Of a DNA stretch of 64,000 nt, positions 40,301-50,111 are shown piece after piece. The translations under genes and the position numbers were made by a program. The stretch's first letter is position 1. The number at the start of each line of letters is the position of its first letter. The notes under the pieces are model-generated. The model was not told the DNA's origin. It saw only the letters and a program-made list of their open reading frames with translations, and made no database searches. The DNA lies in the IMG/VR virus record IMGVR_UViG_3300035183_001042. One strand, 5' to 3'. This stretch comes from an uncultured virus (IMG/VR IMGVR_UViG_3300035183_001042). Its lineage: Duplodnaviria; Heunggongvirae; Uroviricota; Caudoviricetes.

Positions 40301-40548
40301 TCTCCTTCGGTTGCCTTCTCTTCGGTATGCTCTGCCTGAACGAACGCGTCGTGCCTCGCGATGGCAATCACGATGCGATCAACAGCCGATCGGAGACCTT
40401 CGATCGTGTCGTATCCTATCTGACCACCGCATGCCATTGCTCTTTTGGCAGCGTCCACCGCGTTGATGACAGATTGTAACTGATGCTCGATCCTGATTCG
40501 CTCTTTACGCGCGAGACTACTTGCGACTGTTGTTTTATTCATCGCCAT
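40297..40548 (-). CDS. small helical hypothetical protein
   Basis: GAGG RBS; ATGA overlap with the next gene. Confidence 0.6.
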   Translation of the reverse strand: MAMNKTTVASSLARKERIRIEHQLQSVINAVDAAKRAMACGGQIGYDTIEGLRSAVDRIVIAIARHDAFVQAEHTEEKATEGE

Positions 40549-40749
40549 TCCTCATCTAGCCACGGGGCGTCCACCGCGGCAGCGTCTTGCAGTCGAGGTC
40601 GAGGTCTGATTTCTTGGTAGTTTCTAGATACTCTCTCGGATCGTGTGGTTGAGTCTCATGTGGCAATACATGACACATTCGAGCCGTAGATCAAGGCAAA
40701 TCAGTCTACATCGAACGGCTGTGTATCGATCCGGTTCACGTTCGTTGCA

Positions 40750-40950
40750 ATGACTGAACCGCACTCGAAGCTCTTCGCCGTCAAGGGGAAGGGAAGGCAC
40801 GCTGTGCTGTCGTTTCCCAAACTGGGAGACGTTCGTTGCATCGTGCATCGCAAGGTCGAAGGCCTCCGAAGACGTGCGCGATCGTTCGTGAGGGCGACGG
40901 GTGGTACTGCGCCATCTCGTGCGAGTTGGGAAAGCGCGCGACTCGGTTGA
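40750..40950 (+). CDS. small basic hypothetical protein
   Basis: 66-aa ORF with no better alternative frame. Confidence 0.4.
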   Translation: MTEPHSKLFAVKGKGRHAVLSFPKLGDVRCIVHRKVEGLRRRARSFVRATGGTAPSRASWESARLG

Positions 40951-41090
40951 AGCGAGAGGACTCTGTATCATCTAAAGCCTCGGACTTTAGTCCTTGGTAG
41001 CGCATGGAGAGGAAAGGACGCCGACTCGGTATCGCACGCAAGTTTTCGCTTGTGCGCAGCGTTCTGCGTTGTTGACGACGCTAGGGCGCA

Positions 41091-41558
41091 ATGGCACCGT
41101 GGACCTTGAGGTATGCCGTGAAGAAACTACCCAAGTCATGCGAAGTCTTGATCCCGAAGAAGGGTTCGAAGACAGTCACGATCAAGTGCTCTTCAGCGAG
41201 GGCCGCGAATGAGGTTCGCAAGAGCCTGTACAAGCTAGGACCCTCTGCGAAGGGAGAGACTCAGAGCGAGAAGATTCGAAAAGGGAAGAACCCATTCATC
41301 GTCGCGGCATGTGTCGTGAGCGTGATCGAGAAGAGCTTGGAGCGCGACGGCCGACGGAAGGCTCAGCCGGAAGATGTTCGGCGTGCTTTTGCGATCTGTC
41401 GATCTACGCTGAGCAGAAGCGGATCTCTTCGCGGTGCGGCTCTTACTGCCAAGGGCAAGGAGCGTGATGCGGAGAAGCGCAAGGCTGCCGGCGCGGATAA
41501 GGTCCACGACACGTTCAAGAGGCTCGACAAGTACCTCGCACAAGCGCGCGGATACTGA
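41091..41558 (+). CDS. basic hypothetical protein
   Basis: Lys/Arg-rich; ACVVSV...RAFAICRSTL. Confidence 0.65.
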   Translation: MAPWTLRYAVKKLPKSCEVLIPKKGSKTVTIKCSSARAANEVRKSLYKLGPSAKGETQSEKIRKGKNPFIVAACVVSVIEKSLERDGRRKAQPEDVRRAFAICRSTLSRSGSLRGAALTAKGKERDAEKRKAAGADKVHDTFKRLDKYLAQARGY

Positions 41559-41580
41559 TCGAACATGATAGGATCGCTGC

Positions 41581-42354
41581 ATGCGTGACAGCGACCCACG
41601 TCCGATGCCGCCGGTCGTAAAGGCGGCGTACCGCAACACGATTGACCTGCTCTGGCTGCTGGGTGGCAGCGTGTACTCCGAAGACGATCGAAGGCAGGTT
41701 CGCGACAGTCTTCTCGATGCGTTGACTCGCTACTTTGGCGTCGTCCATCTGCCGTATGGAGATGATGGTGAGACCGTAACGATCGCGCAGAAGGCAAAGT
41801 CGATCAAGGACACGCTGCGTTCGATCGATTTCATTTTGTCGGTCGATGATTATGGTGGCAAGAATCAAACGCTGCCGTATCTCGCGGAGGCCATGGAGAA
41901 TCGTTGGCAAGAGTGGTGGCAGTCTGTGAGTTGGAAAACAGCGGAAGATACAAGTATATGGGTAAATGCTTCAGAGAACGTGTTGGGTCGCAGGCAAATG
42001 GCGTGGCTCGCTGCGCAGTATGCGAGATCAGTCATTGACTTGACAGTGGTCAGATATGCCGCCGTTCAAGCCATCGAAGCCGCAGAGTCTTGGTCTGTCA
42101 ATCCGACAGAATACAATAGCAAGCGAGCTTACGAAGCTTTCCGCATCGTTTCTGCTACCAACATCAATGATGTGGCCGACGCATCTTACTACGCTTCACT
42201 CTCCGCTAGCCAAGCTGCCCGTAGCGCCTCCTTCGAGTTATTCTCTTTAGGGAATGCGGTCTACTCCGCTATAGCCGCAGCTCCCGAGAACGCTTCTCTC
42301 CTCTGCGAACTCACGAAGCAGATGATCACGCCGTCGCTGGTGGATGCTCGGTAG
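41581..42354 (+). CDS. Imm5-like helical protein, close paralog of 38032
   Basis: Same MRDSDPRPMPPVVKAAYRN start and LCELTKQxITPSLVDA end. Confidence 0.85.
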   Translation: MRDSDPRPMPPVVKAAYRNTIDLLWLLGGSVYSEDDRRQVRDSLLDALTRYFGVVHLPYGDDGETVTIAQKAKSIKDTLRSIDFILSVDDYGGKNQTLPYLAEAMENRWQEWWQSVSWKTAEDTSIWVNASENVLGRRQMAWLAAQYARSVIDLTVVRYAAVQAIEAAESWSVNPTEYNSKRAYEAFRIVSATNINDVADASYYASLSASQAARSASFELFSLGNAVYSAIAAAPENASLLCELTKQMITPSLVDAR

Positions 42355-42370
42355 TCAGTTTGCCATGACG

Positions 42371-43267
42371 TCACTCTTCCTCGGAGGTGACTTTGAACAT
42401 GAATTCGAGGCCAGAGACATCGCCATCGAACAATCTGGCCCATTCAACGGGGTGCAGCCGTCGATGCCCGAGTTTTACGTTGGGCTGGAACTCGATACCG
42501 CGTCGTTTCATCCAGTACGTCAGTGTGCCGTACGGTCTTTCGATGTACTCGGCGTATTGCAGCAGAGACATCAGGTCGATCCAGCGAAGAATGGCGTGCT
42601 CCGCGTCTCGCAGGTTGTAAACCACGCGAGGCGGAGATCCTTCTGTTCTCACTCCTTGATCGTACAGATTCGAGTATTCGATGATGCTGGTCAGCGTAGG
42701 GTGAGACATCTTCGAGATGCGCATCAGCTCGTGCATTGACACGTACTGGTCACCGTCTCTGCCTCGTTTAAGTCCTAGCCGTACGGCCATGCCGACGACC
42801 GAAGCCTTGGTTCGTCCAGGGAAAAGATTTTCGAGTTGACTGTGCGGCACTCGAGCCTTCCACGCGTCTTTGAGTCGCTGTATTTCTTTTTCTGTCCAGC
42901 GCTCGTTGAGCGGCACGTACGTTTCATCGTCGCTGCCTCGTTTAAGGCCTAGACGTGAGGCCATTTCGAAGACCGCTGCCTTGGTTCGTCCGGGGAAAAG
43001 ATCTTCGAGTTGACTGTGCGGGACTCGAGCCTTCCACGCGTCTTTGAGTCGCTGGATTTCTTTTTCTGTCCAGCGCTCGTTGAGCGGCACGTACGTTTCA
43101 TCGTCGCTGCCTCGTTTAAGGCCTAGACGTGAGGCCATGCGCACGACCGCCAACTTGGTTCGTCCGGGGAAAAGCTCTTCGAGTTGACTGTGCGGCACTC
43201 GAGCCTTCCACGCGTCTTTGAGTCGCTGGACTTCTTCTTCTGTCCAGCCTTTTTGCGAGTGTGCCAT
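42371..43267 (-). CDS. DNA-binding protein with three tandem Myb/SANT-like repeats and further HTH-like segments
   Basis: 58-aa (174-bp) unit WTExExQRLKDAW...LFPGRTK...RLGLKRG x3; GAAGG RBS before MAHSQKG. Confidence 0.8.
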   Translation of the reverse strand: MAHSQKGWTEEEVQRLKDAWKARVPHSQLEELFPGRTKLAVVRMASRLGLKRGSDDETYVPLNERWTEKEIQRLKDAWKARVPHSQLEDLFPGRTKAAVFEMASRLGLKRGSDDETYVPLNERWTEKEIQRLKDAWKARVPHSQLENLFPGRTKASVVGMAVRLGLKRGRDGDQYVSMHELMRISKMSHPTLTSIIEYSNLYDQGVRTEGSPPRVVYNLRDAEHAILRWIDLMSLLQYAEYIERPYGTLTYWMKRRGIEFQPNVKLGHRRLHPVEWARLFDGDVSGLEFMFKVTSEEE

Positions 43268-43315
43268 ACCTTCGGATGGATAGGATCGAAGCATGGATGT
43301 GATCATACGCTAAGT

Positions 43316-44887
43316 ATGGCGGTCTTTGGGTATGGGCGGTATTATTCGTTCGATGGGAGCCATGTTGGCTTGCTGCCTGTGGAGAAAGCAATGAAGAACC
43401 GTTCGTCTGGCATGGTGCTTTCGGGGATCGACCGAGATCAGTACACGAGTTCGTTTGGCGTACCGATCGAGTCACGTGTTGCTGTCGAGCCTCTGGATAT
43501 GAAGCCGCATATCGGATCCGGAGAAGTCTCTCCGGCGATGTTTGGCCAATCGATCGTTGATAAGCTCCCGGAGCCGGTGCAGGAGTTCTTGACGACTCCT
43601 GCTCCTTCTTCTCTAGCCGGGATGGCTGTCGTGACCGTAGGAGGGGCGGCCGCGAGTCATCTTGTCGGCGTCTACGGTGATGTCAGTCCGCAGAACCGGG
43701 CGATCCTCGGGGCCGCGCTGGTGGTGGGCGGACACTTCATCGCGAAGAGTTGGGCGGCCAAGAGCATCGGATACGGAGCGCTTGCGGAGGGCTTGGCGCA
43801 GATCGTCGCTGACAAGATCAAGGCCCGTTCGGTTGCGGCTCATGCGCCAGGACAGCAGGGGGCGATCGTCGGCGGGCCAGGACAGCAGGGGGCGATCGTC
43901 GGCGGGCCAGGACAGCAGGGGGCGATCGTCGGCGGGCCAGGACAGCAGGGGGCGATCGTCGGCGGGCCAGGACAGCAGGGGGCGATCGTCGGCGGGCTTC
44001 GCAACGAAGATCCGCTCGGCAGCGGTCCGGTGATCGAAGAGAGCCTCCTTCTCCGCCAGGTCGAAGAGGGGACAGTCGAGCTCCCTCAGGATGCTCCTTC
44101 GGGAGAGGTGGAGGTTCCGAGCTCGGAAGAAGCGGCGCGCGATCCCCGTGCGATGGGTCTTCTCTTCCGCGATCTTACGCGCCGTCGTCACACCAAACTC
44201 GATCGCAGTGTGGTGGTTCAGCTGATTGACGGTCGGCGGATGTCGATCGGACAGTATCTGCAGGAGTTCGGCAGTAAAGTCGAGGGGGCGCGCCAGATGG
44301 GTCTCATGCGCCGGTCGCGTCGCGCTCGTCATGATCTCCCGATGCAGTCTGAGTACCAGTTCATCCGTTCGCTGATCAACCGGTGCTTGGCGAGATCGGT
44401 GGTGGACTCGAGCGAGGAGCCAGAGCAAGGAGTGAGGGCTCCATGGGCTCGCGACTCGTTCCTTGATGGAGCACCAGAGCTCGACATCGCGCTCTTCGAT
44501 GGCACGGTTCGTCCTGCATCGGCGTACGCTTCGGAGTTCCCTGAGCGAATCGAGTGGGCAAAGGCTTACTGCCTCGCGAATTCTGGTGGTTCGCCAGGTG
44601 GAGCGCCCGGCGCCTCGTCGCAGCAGCGCGAGCCTGGGCAGCATGGCGGGATCGTCGACGGGCTTCGCAACTCAGTGCCTATCGGAGATGGCTCGTCGCA
44701 GGGTCGTACTCCTCCGCTGATTAAGATCGCTGGCGAGCGAGTGGCTCCGCAGAGCCCAACGGAGATTCGCCCGGTGACAACGATCAGTGCCAACGCCGCG
44801 ACGGTGCAGGCTGCGGCGACGATGGCGTCGAACGTGAGGACGGAGAGCCTCACGGTCCGCCCTCCTCCATTCCGTCGGCAGGTCTGA
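43316..44887 (+). CDS. membrane-associated repeat protein
   Basis: Hydrophobic Gly/Ala helices, (PGQQGAIVGG)x5 and an internally duplicated domain. Confidence 0.7.
   Translation: MAVFGYGRYYSFDGSHVGLLPVEKAMKNRSSGMVLSGIDRDQYTSSFGVPIESRVAVEPLDMKPHIGSGEVSPAMFGQSIVDKLPEPVQEFLTTPAPSSLAGMAVVTVGGAAASHLVGVYGDVSPQNRAILGAALVVGGHFIAKSWAAKSIGYGALAEGLAQIVADKIKARSVAAHAPGQQGAIVGGPGQQGAIVGGPGQQGAIVGGPGQQGAIVGGPGQQGAIVGGLRNEDPLGSGPVIEESLLLRQVEEGTVELPQDAPSGEVEVPSSEEAARDPRAMGLLFRDLTRRRHTKLDRSVVVQLIDGRRMSIGQYLQEFGSKVEGARQMGLMRRSRRARHDLPMQSEYQFIRSLINRCLARSVVDSSEEPEQGVRAPWARDSFLDGAPELDIALFDGTVRPASAYASEFPERIEWAKAYCLANSGGSPGGAPGASSQQREPGQHGGIVDGLRNSVPIGDGSSQGRTPPLIKIAGERVAPQSPTEIRPVTTISANAATVQAAATMASNVRTESLTVRPPPFRRQV
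43847..43996 (+). repeat. 30-bp perfect tandem repeat x5 (coding)
   Basis: Unit CCAGGACAGCAGGGGGCGATCGTCGGCGGG. Confidence 0.95.
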
Positions 44888-44926
44888 ACTTTGTATCTTT
44901 TGAAACATCATCGGAAGAATAACGCC

Positions 44927-45223
44927 ATGAAAAACGACTACTGCGATGCTCCTTCTTCTTCCGCGAACATCGGCGTCGGAGCCCTCGGCGCGATCCTGAC
45001 GCCGAGCCCCATGCTCGGCGTGCCGATCGGGCTGATCATGCGTCACTACGGAGATAAGGACTGCAATTGGTGGGTGAAGTCTGCTGGAACTGGCCTCCTC
45101 GTGGGGTCTGCGATTCAGGTCGCGCTCATCGCTGTCGCGACGGCGTACACGAAGATCAAGATGAACCAGGACCAGGCCAACATCCAGCATCAGAGAGTCG
45201 GCTCAAGCCTGCCAAACATCTGA
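44927..45223 (+). CDS. small membrane protein
   Basis: Two hydrophobic segments. Confidence 0.6.
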   Translation: MKNDYCDAPSSSANIGVGALGAILTPSPMLGVPIGLIMRHYGDKDCNWWVKSAGTGLLVGSAIQVALIAVATAYTKIKMNQDQANIQHQRVGSSLPNI

Positions 45224-45272
45224 TCCACTTTCAGATCGGCGACGATTTATGCGATGATCTGGCCAAGAAAAC

Positions 45273-46004
45273 ATGATCCGATCGTCGATGCACCCGGTCT
45301 TCTCCTTCGTCCCCAATAGCTCGTACAAAGCGTATGTGAAGGGTGATCTGCCCACGCTCGATGAACTGCTGTGCGCGCTGATCGTCGATCCTCTCGAAGC
45401 CGAGGACGCCGCAGAGCAGTTCGGCGAGAAACGCACCCCTCACTCTCTGGGAGATTTCGCTCGGATCAGCCATGGCGCGCTTCGTCAGGCGCTAGAGACA
45501 ATCGCACAGTGGGTACTGTGGATGAGGGACAATCATCGGAAAGGAGCCGACTTCGCGATCAAGTCTATCACTCGTTACAGTATCCGTCTTGGCGCGTGGT
45601 GCGCTGCACAGGTTGCTCGGTCGGTGCTCTCCTACTTGGACAATCCGTCGAAAGCCGAGGAGGCGATCAAGTACACGGAGCAATGGGTGATGTACCAAGC
45701 ATATATCGACTACGTGTATGTGGCTGGCTACGCGGCAGATAGTTTGGCTCGTGAACTATCATACGAAGGTGACGAATCAGCGGCGTTTGCTATGTATTCT
45801 GCCGCGGAAGCAGCTTTTGTGGTTGGCAATAGTTCGCCAATGCAGTCTGCAGTTGGCTCCGTCTACGCTGCCGCGAGCAGTAAGGCTTTTGAGAATGCTA
45901 GCGATCTCAATCTTGACTACGATGACTTGGTCAACAAAGAGATGCTCCGGCTGAGCAATGTCGTAGCAGAAGCATGCGTGTCGTTCCCTGTGATTCCGTG
46001 GTAG
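45273..46004 (+). CDS. Imm5-like helical protein
   Basis: RLGAWCAAQVARSVL...AEEAIKYTEQW; ends EMLRLSNVVAEACVSFPV. Confidence 0.8.
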   Translation: MIRSSMHPVFSFVPNSSYKAYVKGDLPTLDELLCALIVDPLEAEDAAEQFGEKRTPHSLGDFARISHGALRQALETIAQWVLWMRDNHRKGADFAIKSITRYSIRLGAWCAAQVARSVLSYLDNPSKAEEAIKYTEQWVMYQAYIDYVYVAGYAADSLARELSYEGDESAAFAMYSAAEAAFVVGNSSPMQSAVGSVYAAASSKAFENASDLNLDYDDLVNKEMLRLSNVVAEACVSFPVIPW

Positions 46005-46410
46005 CCGTGCGCGAAGAGTCGGCGTCCGCGCCTGCGGTACAGCGAGCGAGCGCGTCCGCTGTTGTTGGTCTGGCAGTGCCCGCGCGTGACGCCGCTGGTT
46101 CTGTGGCGCCGCGTCTTGGAGCACGAGTGCCGCGAGCGCGGCAGCGGTGCTCGTGTCTGCAGGTCCTCAGCGGCCGCGAGCCGCGCCTCGAGCAGGTCGA
46201 TCAGCACCTGGGCGACGCGGTGGACGGCCCGGCGAAAGCCCTCCTTGGTCGCGTTCGCCCGCCGATCTGTCGGTAGATCGCGAAGCCGTCGAGGATACGC
46301 CCCTCGGAGTCGGAGCGCGCATCAGCGACGCGAGCACCATCGCGATCGTGACGAGGCCGACGTCGATCTTGCCGATCCGCTGGATCAGCCGGATGTCCTC
46401 GGCGCGGCGC
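46005..46410 (-). mobile_element. possible IS4-like transposase N-terminal remnant, frameshifted
   Basis: Fragments LIQRIGKIDVGLVTIAMVL, GRILDGFAIYRQIGG and ATKEGFRRAVHRVAQVLIDLLE in three frames. Confidence 0.45.
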
Positions 46411-46506
46411 GAGTTTGCGCGCCTCGTCGGCGAGCTTGTGCCCCAGCACGGCGCCTTGTCGCCAGCCGTGCCGCTCGATTGCGCTGGCATCGAACGCCGT
46501 CGACAT
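46410..46506 (-). pseudogene. truncated partner gene of the HTH gene (putative toxin start)
   Basis: MSTAFDASAIERHGWRQGAVLG, then breaks into transposase-like sequence. Confidence 0.45.
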
Positions 46507-46512
46507 CGCCGG

Positions 46513-46968
46513 TCAATACTTCGGCCACTCGCGCAGCGCGACGTTGAGGGCTAGGTTCTCCTTGCGCTGTTTAGCAGTGGGCTCCTCGAACCCGAGCTCG
46601 TGCAGCCGACCTTCACGAGCTACTCGCGTCCTTTTTGCCTCGTCCTCCAGCCTCTTCGCTTCAGCGAGGACACCGGCGACGCGGGCCTCGTCGACCGTGT
46701 CGACCTTCAGCAGCTCGAGCAGAGACGGCTCGCCTTCGTTCAGAGACTCGCGCACGAAGCGCGGGCTGATCGAATCGGCGGCGGTCACGCCAGCGTTCAC
46801 CAGGAGCTGCACCAACCCGCTCAGCCGCTGCGAGTTCGCGGCGTTCGGCTCATTGCCATCGAGCCAGTCGTAGAGCGTGGGGAGCGACACTTTGAGTACG
46901 TCAGCGAGCTGGGGCTTGTTCAGGTTCAGCGCGGCCATCACCTCGCGCGCTTGGTTCGACGACGACAT
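46513..46968 (-). CDS. HTH protein, putative antitoxin
   Basis: LNLNKPQLADVLKVSLPTLYDWLDG. Confidence 0.65.
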   Translation of the reverse strand: MSSSNQAREVMAALNLNKPQLADVLKVSLPTLYDWLDGNEPNAANSQRLSGLVQLLVNAGVTAADSISPRFVRESLNEGEPSLLELLKVDTVDEARVAGVLAEAKRLEDEAKRTRVAREGRLHELGFEEPTAKQRKENLALNVALREWPKY

Positions 46969-46979
46969 CGCTAGCTTCC

Positions 46980-47774
46980 TCACTTCTCTCGGGTGTCGAA
47001 GCGGCGCCCATCTTCGGAGAGGCACTCACCGCTCATTAGCCAATTGCGCACAGCGAATTCGACGCTGTCGCGAGCGCTCTCGATCTTTCGCTCTGCTTCA
47101 TTGATGAGCGCCCGGAGCACCATGGACCTTCGATTATCTCTTTCCCGAAATATCTCTGATCGACGGGCAACGATGGCTTTGACGTGCGTTCGATGGATGA
47201 TGTCAAAATTTCTCATCGACAGACGAAACCTCTCCGATGTCCTGCTGATCACGCGTGGGTCCACCTCGATCCTCCAAACGTACTGGACCAACTCCGATGG
47301 GAATGAAGACCACGCGTCATCTTCCTTCGTCTTGGACCTGCCGACCAAACCCCAGCTGTTCTGTTCGAGCCAAGATGCTCGTCGAAGATCGAGCGTACCT
47401 TCAGCCCGCGCCTTCTTCGCCGCGCTCGGCTCGTATCCATCCGAGACCGATCCTAGGATCTTCTTGGCAAATCGATCCATCCAAAAGTCCTGTTCGATCG
47501 TAGGCGCTTTTGGCCACTCTTCCAGACGGGTTCGATACGGGAAAGCCGTCTTCTCTACGACCTCAAAGAAGAACTTGGAGACTGGGTACAGATCGACGTC
47601 TCTCACTGGGATCGAAGGGACTTGAGGCACGTCTTCGAAGCATCGTGGAAACACTGTCTCATAGGCTTCTCGATGCCATCTCCTTGATCGCTTCGGGTCG
47701 ATGTGGTCGGCGATTCTCCTGCAGAACGACAATAACTGATCGCGATCGCTCAGCTTGGGCAGTTCTAGGCTCAT
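46980..47774 (-). CDS. hypothetical protein
   Basis: Start MSLELPK, 7 nt after TACGCT. Confidence 0.65.
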   Translation of the reverse strand: MSLELPKLSDRDQLLSFCRRIADHIDPKRSRRWHREAYETVFPRCFEDVPQVPSIPVRDVDLYPVSKFFFEVVEKTAFPYRTRLEEWPKAPTIEQDFWMDRFAKKILGSVSDGYEPSAAKKARAEGTLDLRRASWLEQNSWGLVGRSKTKEDDAWSSFPSELVQYVWRIEVDPRVISRTSERFRLSMRNFDIIHRTHVKAIVARRSEIFRERDNRRSMVLRALINEAERKIESARDSVEFAVRNWLMSGECLSEDGRRFDTREK

Positions 47775-47820
47775 GTCTGCGAGCGTACTACCGCCTCCGT
47801 TTCCGTGGTATCGTCCAGAC

Positions 47821-48279
47821 ATGGACTCACAGAAGTTGGAGATGGTTTTCAGGATCATCGAGCAGGTGCTGATGCTCGTGGTTCTTCCATTGGTTGGGGT
47901 GCTCGTTCAGCGCTACGTGAAGTCGTCGCAGACGAGGAACGCGTTCGCGATGATGTCGCAGCACGTCGGCGCTGCGGTTCAGCGGCTGAACAAAACACGC
48001 CGAGAACTTCGAGATCCATCGAAGCCTGGCAACTGGAGCGATCAAGAAGCGAAGCAACTGCGCGAGGCGGCGCTGCGAGAGGTTCGTCTGCTGCTAGGTG
48101 ATTCGATGGACGTGCTGGCCGCTCACCTTGGGAGCGAGACGAAGGCTGATCAGGCCATCTTGCATGCGATCGACGCCGAAGCGGAGTCGACGAGATCATC
48201 TGTCGTCCCTGTGGGGACAGCGGCCACATCATCGGTGCCAGCAGTTGAAGTCTCTCGGGAAGCATCCGACATGAGTTGA
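47821..48279 (+). CDS. holin-like protein (LL-H type architecture)
   Basis: N-terminal TM (VLMLVVLPLVGVLV), then AVQRL...GNWSDQEAKQLREAAL...AIDAE. Confidence 0.55.
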   Translation: MDSQKLEMVFRIIEQVLMLVVLPLVGVLVQRYVKSSQTRNAFAMMSQHVGAAVQRLNKTRRELRDPSKPGNWSDQEAKQLREAALREVRLLLGDSMDVLAAHLGSETKADQAILHAIDAEAESTRSSVVPVGTAATSSVPAVEVSREASDMS

Positions 48280-48565
48280 TGTGCGTGTGCGGCGAGTTGC
48301 GGATCGACGATACCAGCGGCGCAGCAGTGTTTCAGGTATGTCTGCGCGACGGCGCCACGGATTGCCTATTCCGCGACGAGAACCTGATGCCCACTATGCC
48401 CCAGCCATGCCGCGCGCTGCTAGTCGAATCGTTCGGGCGGCTCATCCAAGCCCATCGCGCGCTCGCCGAACCGCTCGAACTCCTGTGAAGATGTTCATGT
48501 CGGATGCTTACATGGAGAACTCAGCCGCCGACACTCAATATCTTAAAGTTATCTGAGTCTTACTC

Positions 48566-49717
48566 ATGAGCATCATCAACCGCATCGGTGCCATCGTTGT
48601 GAACCCGAAGACGGGCGAGCCGTTCTTCTGCTCGTCGGAGATGAGAGAAGACCTCAATTGGCCGACCAACGCCTATGCTATTCGCGACTTTGACGGCGCT
48701 TTGCATGGCAAGGGCTACTTTGAGACTCGAAAAAACAGCGAACACTACTTCCCAGCCAAAGAAACTGGCTATCCACGCATCCACACTACTGATGGCGTCA
48801 AGAAAAAGGGCGTAGGCAACGGCACTTGCCTGTACGTCGCCGGAGCGTGCGCGGTTGCGGTTGTTGAGTTTCGAGAAGAAGAATACCTGCCACTGGACTT
48901 ATGGAACTTCACAACTGGTGTTGACTGGGACGATCGTAGGAACGGAATTTCCAGCGCGGATGATCGTTCAGTAGATGCGAGCAAGTGGTGGCGAAGTGCT
49001 ACCAAAGCTGGGCTCGCCATCGAACAGAAGGTCCCTGTTGAGACAAAAGAGACCATCAACGACTGCGTCTACGGGCAGGACGCCTATGAGATCATCAATT
49101 CTTACTTTGACGTGACAATCCCAGGAAGCAACAAGGATAACATCAGTGTTTGTGCGAGTGGCACGTACTACGTTGAGGCAGACGCCATTGTGAACGTACT
49201 GCCTTACGAAAGAGCCGTTAAGCATAACCTTGTTATTGCTACGTTTCTTGATCCGATTGAGTGGGCAACGATCGACAATCAGTATGAACCGAGCAGCGTT
49301 CTCCTCCCGAAGCGCATCCGGTTCGCAACATTCAACGCCGCAGCCGCGCGTGCCGTAAACGTCGGCGTGTTCCGAGAGTTTGATGATCCGCGCGCAGCGC
49401 TGGTGCTGTACGCGAGCATTTGCATCGCTGGCGGGATGAACGAGCTAGATATTGAGTTGCTGCGCGAGCGCTTTGAAGATGGCTTCGACATCGAGACTGA
49501 AGCTGTCATGGGCATCGACGATCCGCGCAAGAACCCCACGCCGTACACGCGTACGGACCCGTCCGCTGGGCTGGTGAAGTCGTATGTGCCCGCGCGACGC
49601 AAGAACCCCTCGCCGCGCAATGGCTCACCGATTAACAGCGCCGTCCTTGATAGAGCGGAGCGCCTTGCTGAAGAGCGTCGGCGTCTCGGCTGGCATCGCT
49701 TCGCCAATCTCCCGTGA
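48566..49717 (+). CDS. hypothetical protein with GNAT-like motif and two RKNP motifs
   Basis: KGVGNGTCLY...SADDRSVDASKWW; RKNP at 49526 and 49598. Confidence 0.7.
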   Translation: MSIINRIGAIVVNPKTGEPFFCSSEMREDLNWPTNAYAIRDFDGALHGKGYFETRKNSEHYFPAKETGYPRIHTTDGVKKKGVGNGTCLYVAGACAVAVVEFREEEYLPLDLWNFTTGVDWDDRRNGISSADDRSVDASKWWRSATKAGLAIEQKVPVETKETINDCVYGQDAYEIINSYFDVTIPGSNKDNISVCASGTYYVEADAIVNVLPYERAVKHNLVIATFLDPIEWATIDNQYEPSSVLLPKRIRFATFNAAAARAVNVGVFREFDDPRAALVLYASICIAGGMNELDIELLRERFEDGFDIETEAVMGIDDPRKNPTPYTRTDPSAGLVKSYVPARRKNPSPRNGSPINSAVLDRAERLAEERRRLGWHRFANLP

Positions 49718-50111
49718 GGCACCGATGACCCATTCGATTGCGGACAAGTTGAGCCGTTCCTCTGATGCTCGGGCGAGGGTACGTGCGCGTTCGAGAACTA
49801 CAAGGACGACTCGTGCTTCAAGTCAGCCAAGCTGAGCGACTTCTCGCGGGTGTGCTCGTCTGGAACTGCTTGAGGGCAGCAGAACAGCTGCTCGACGCGC
49901 GCGCAGACGGTACTCCGCGCGATCGAATGGGCCGTGCCGGCGCTGGTCCTTGCGCCGCGCGATCGTCACGCGGATGTGGCGCAGCGCGAGCCAGCGCCGG
50001 ATCTGCGGGTAGCTGTAGCCGCGGTCGGTGCCGATCGAACCTCGAAGTAACAGGCCGCGAGCGTTTGATCATGCTTGACACTGGGGAGGACGCTGTGGTG
50101 AACAGCGCTCC

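Noticed and set aside
38032..42354. Diversity-generating retroelement (TR/VR pair)
   Set aside because: Both copies are full genes, mismatches are not confined to adenines, and no reverse transcriptase is visible
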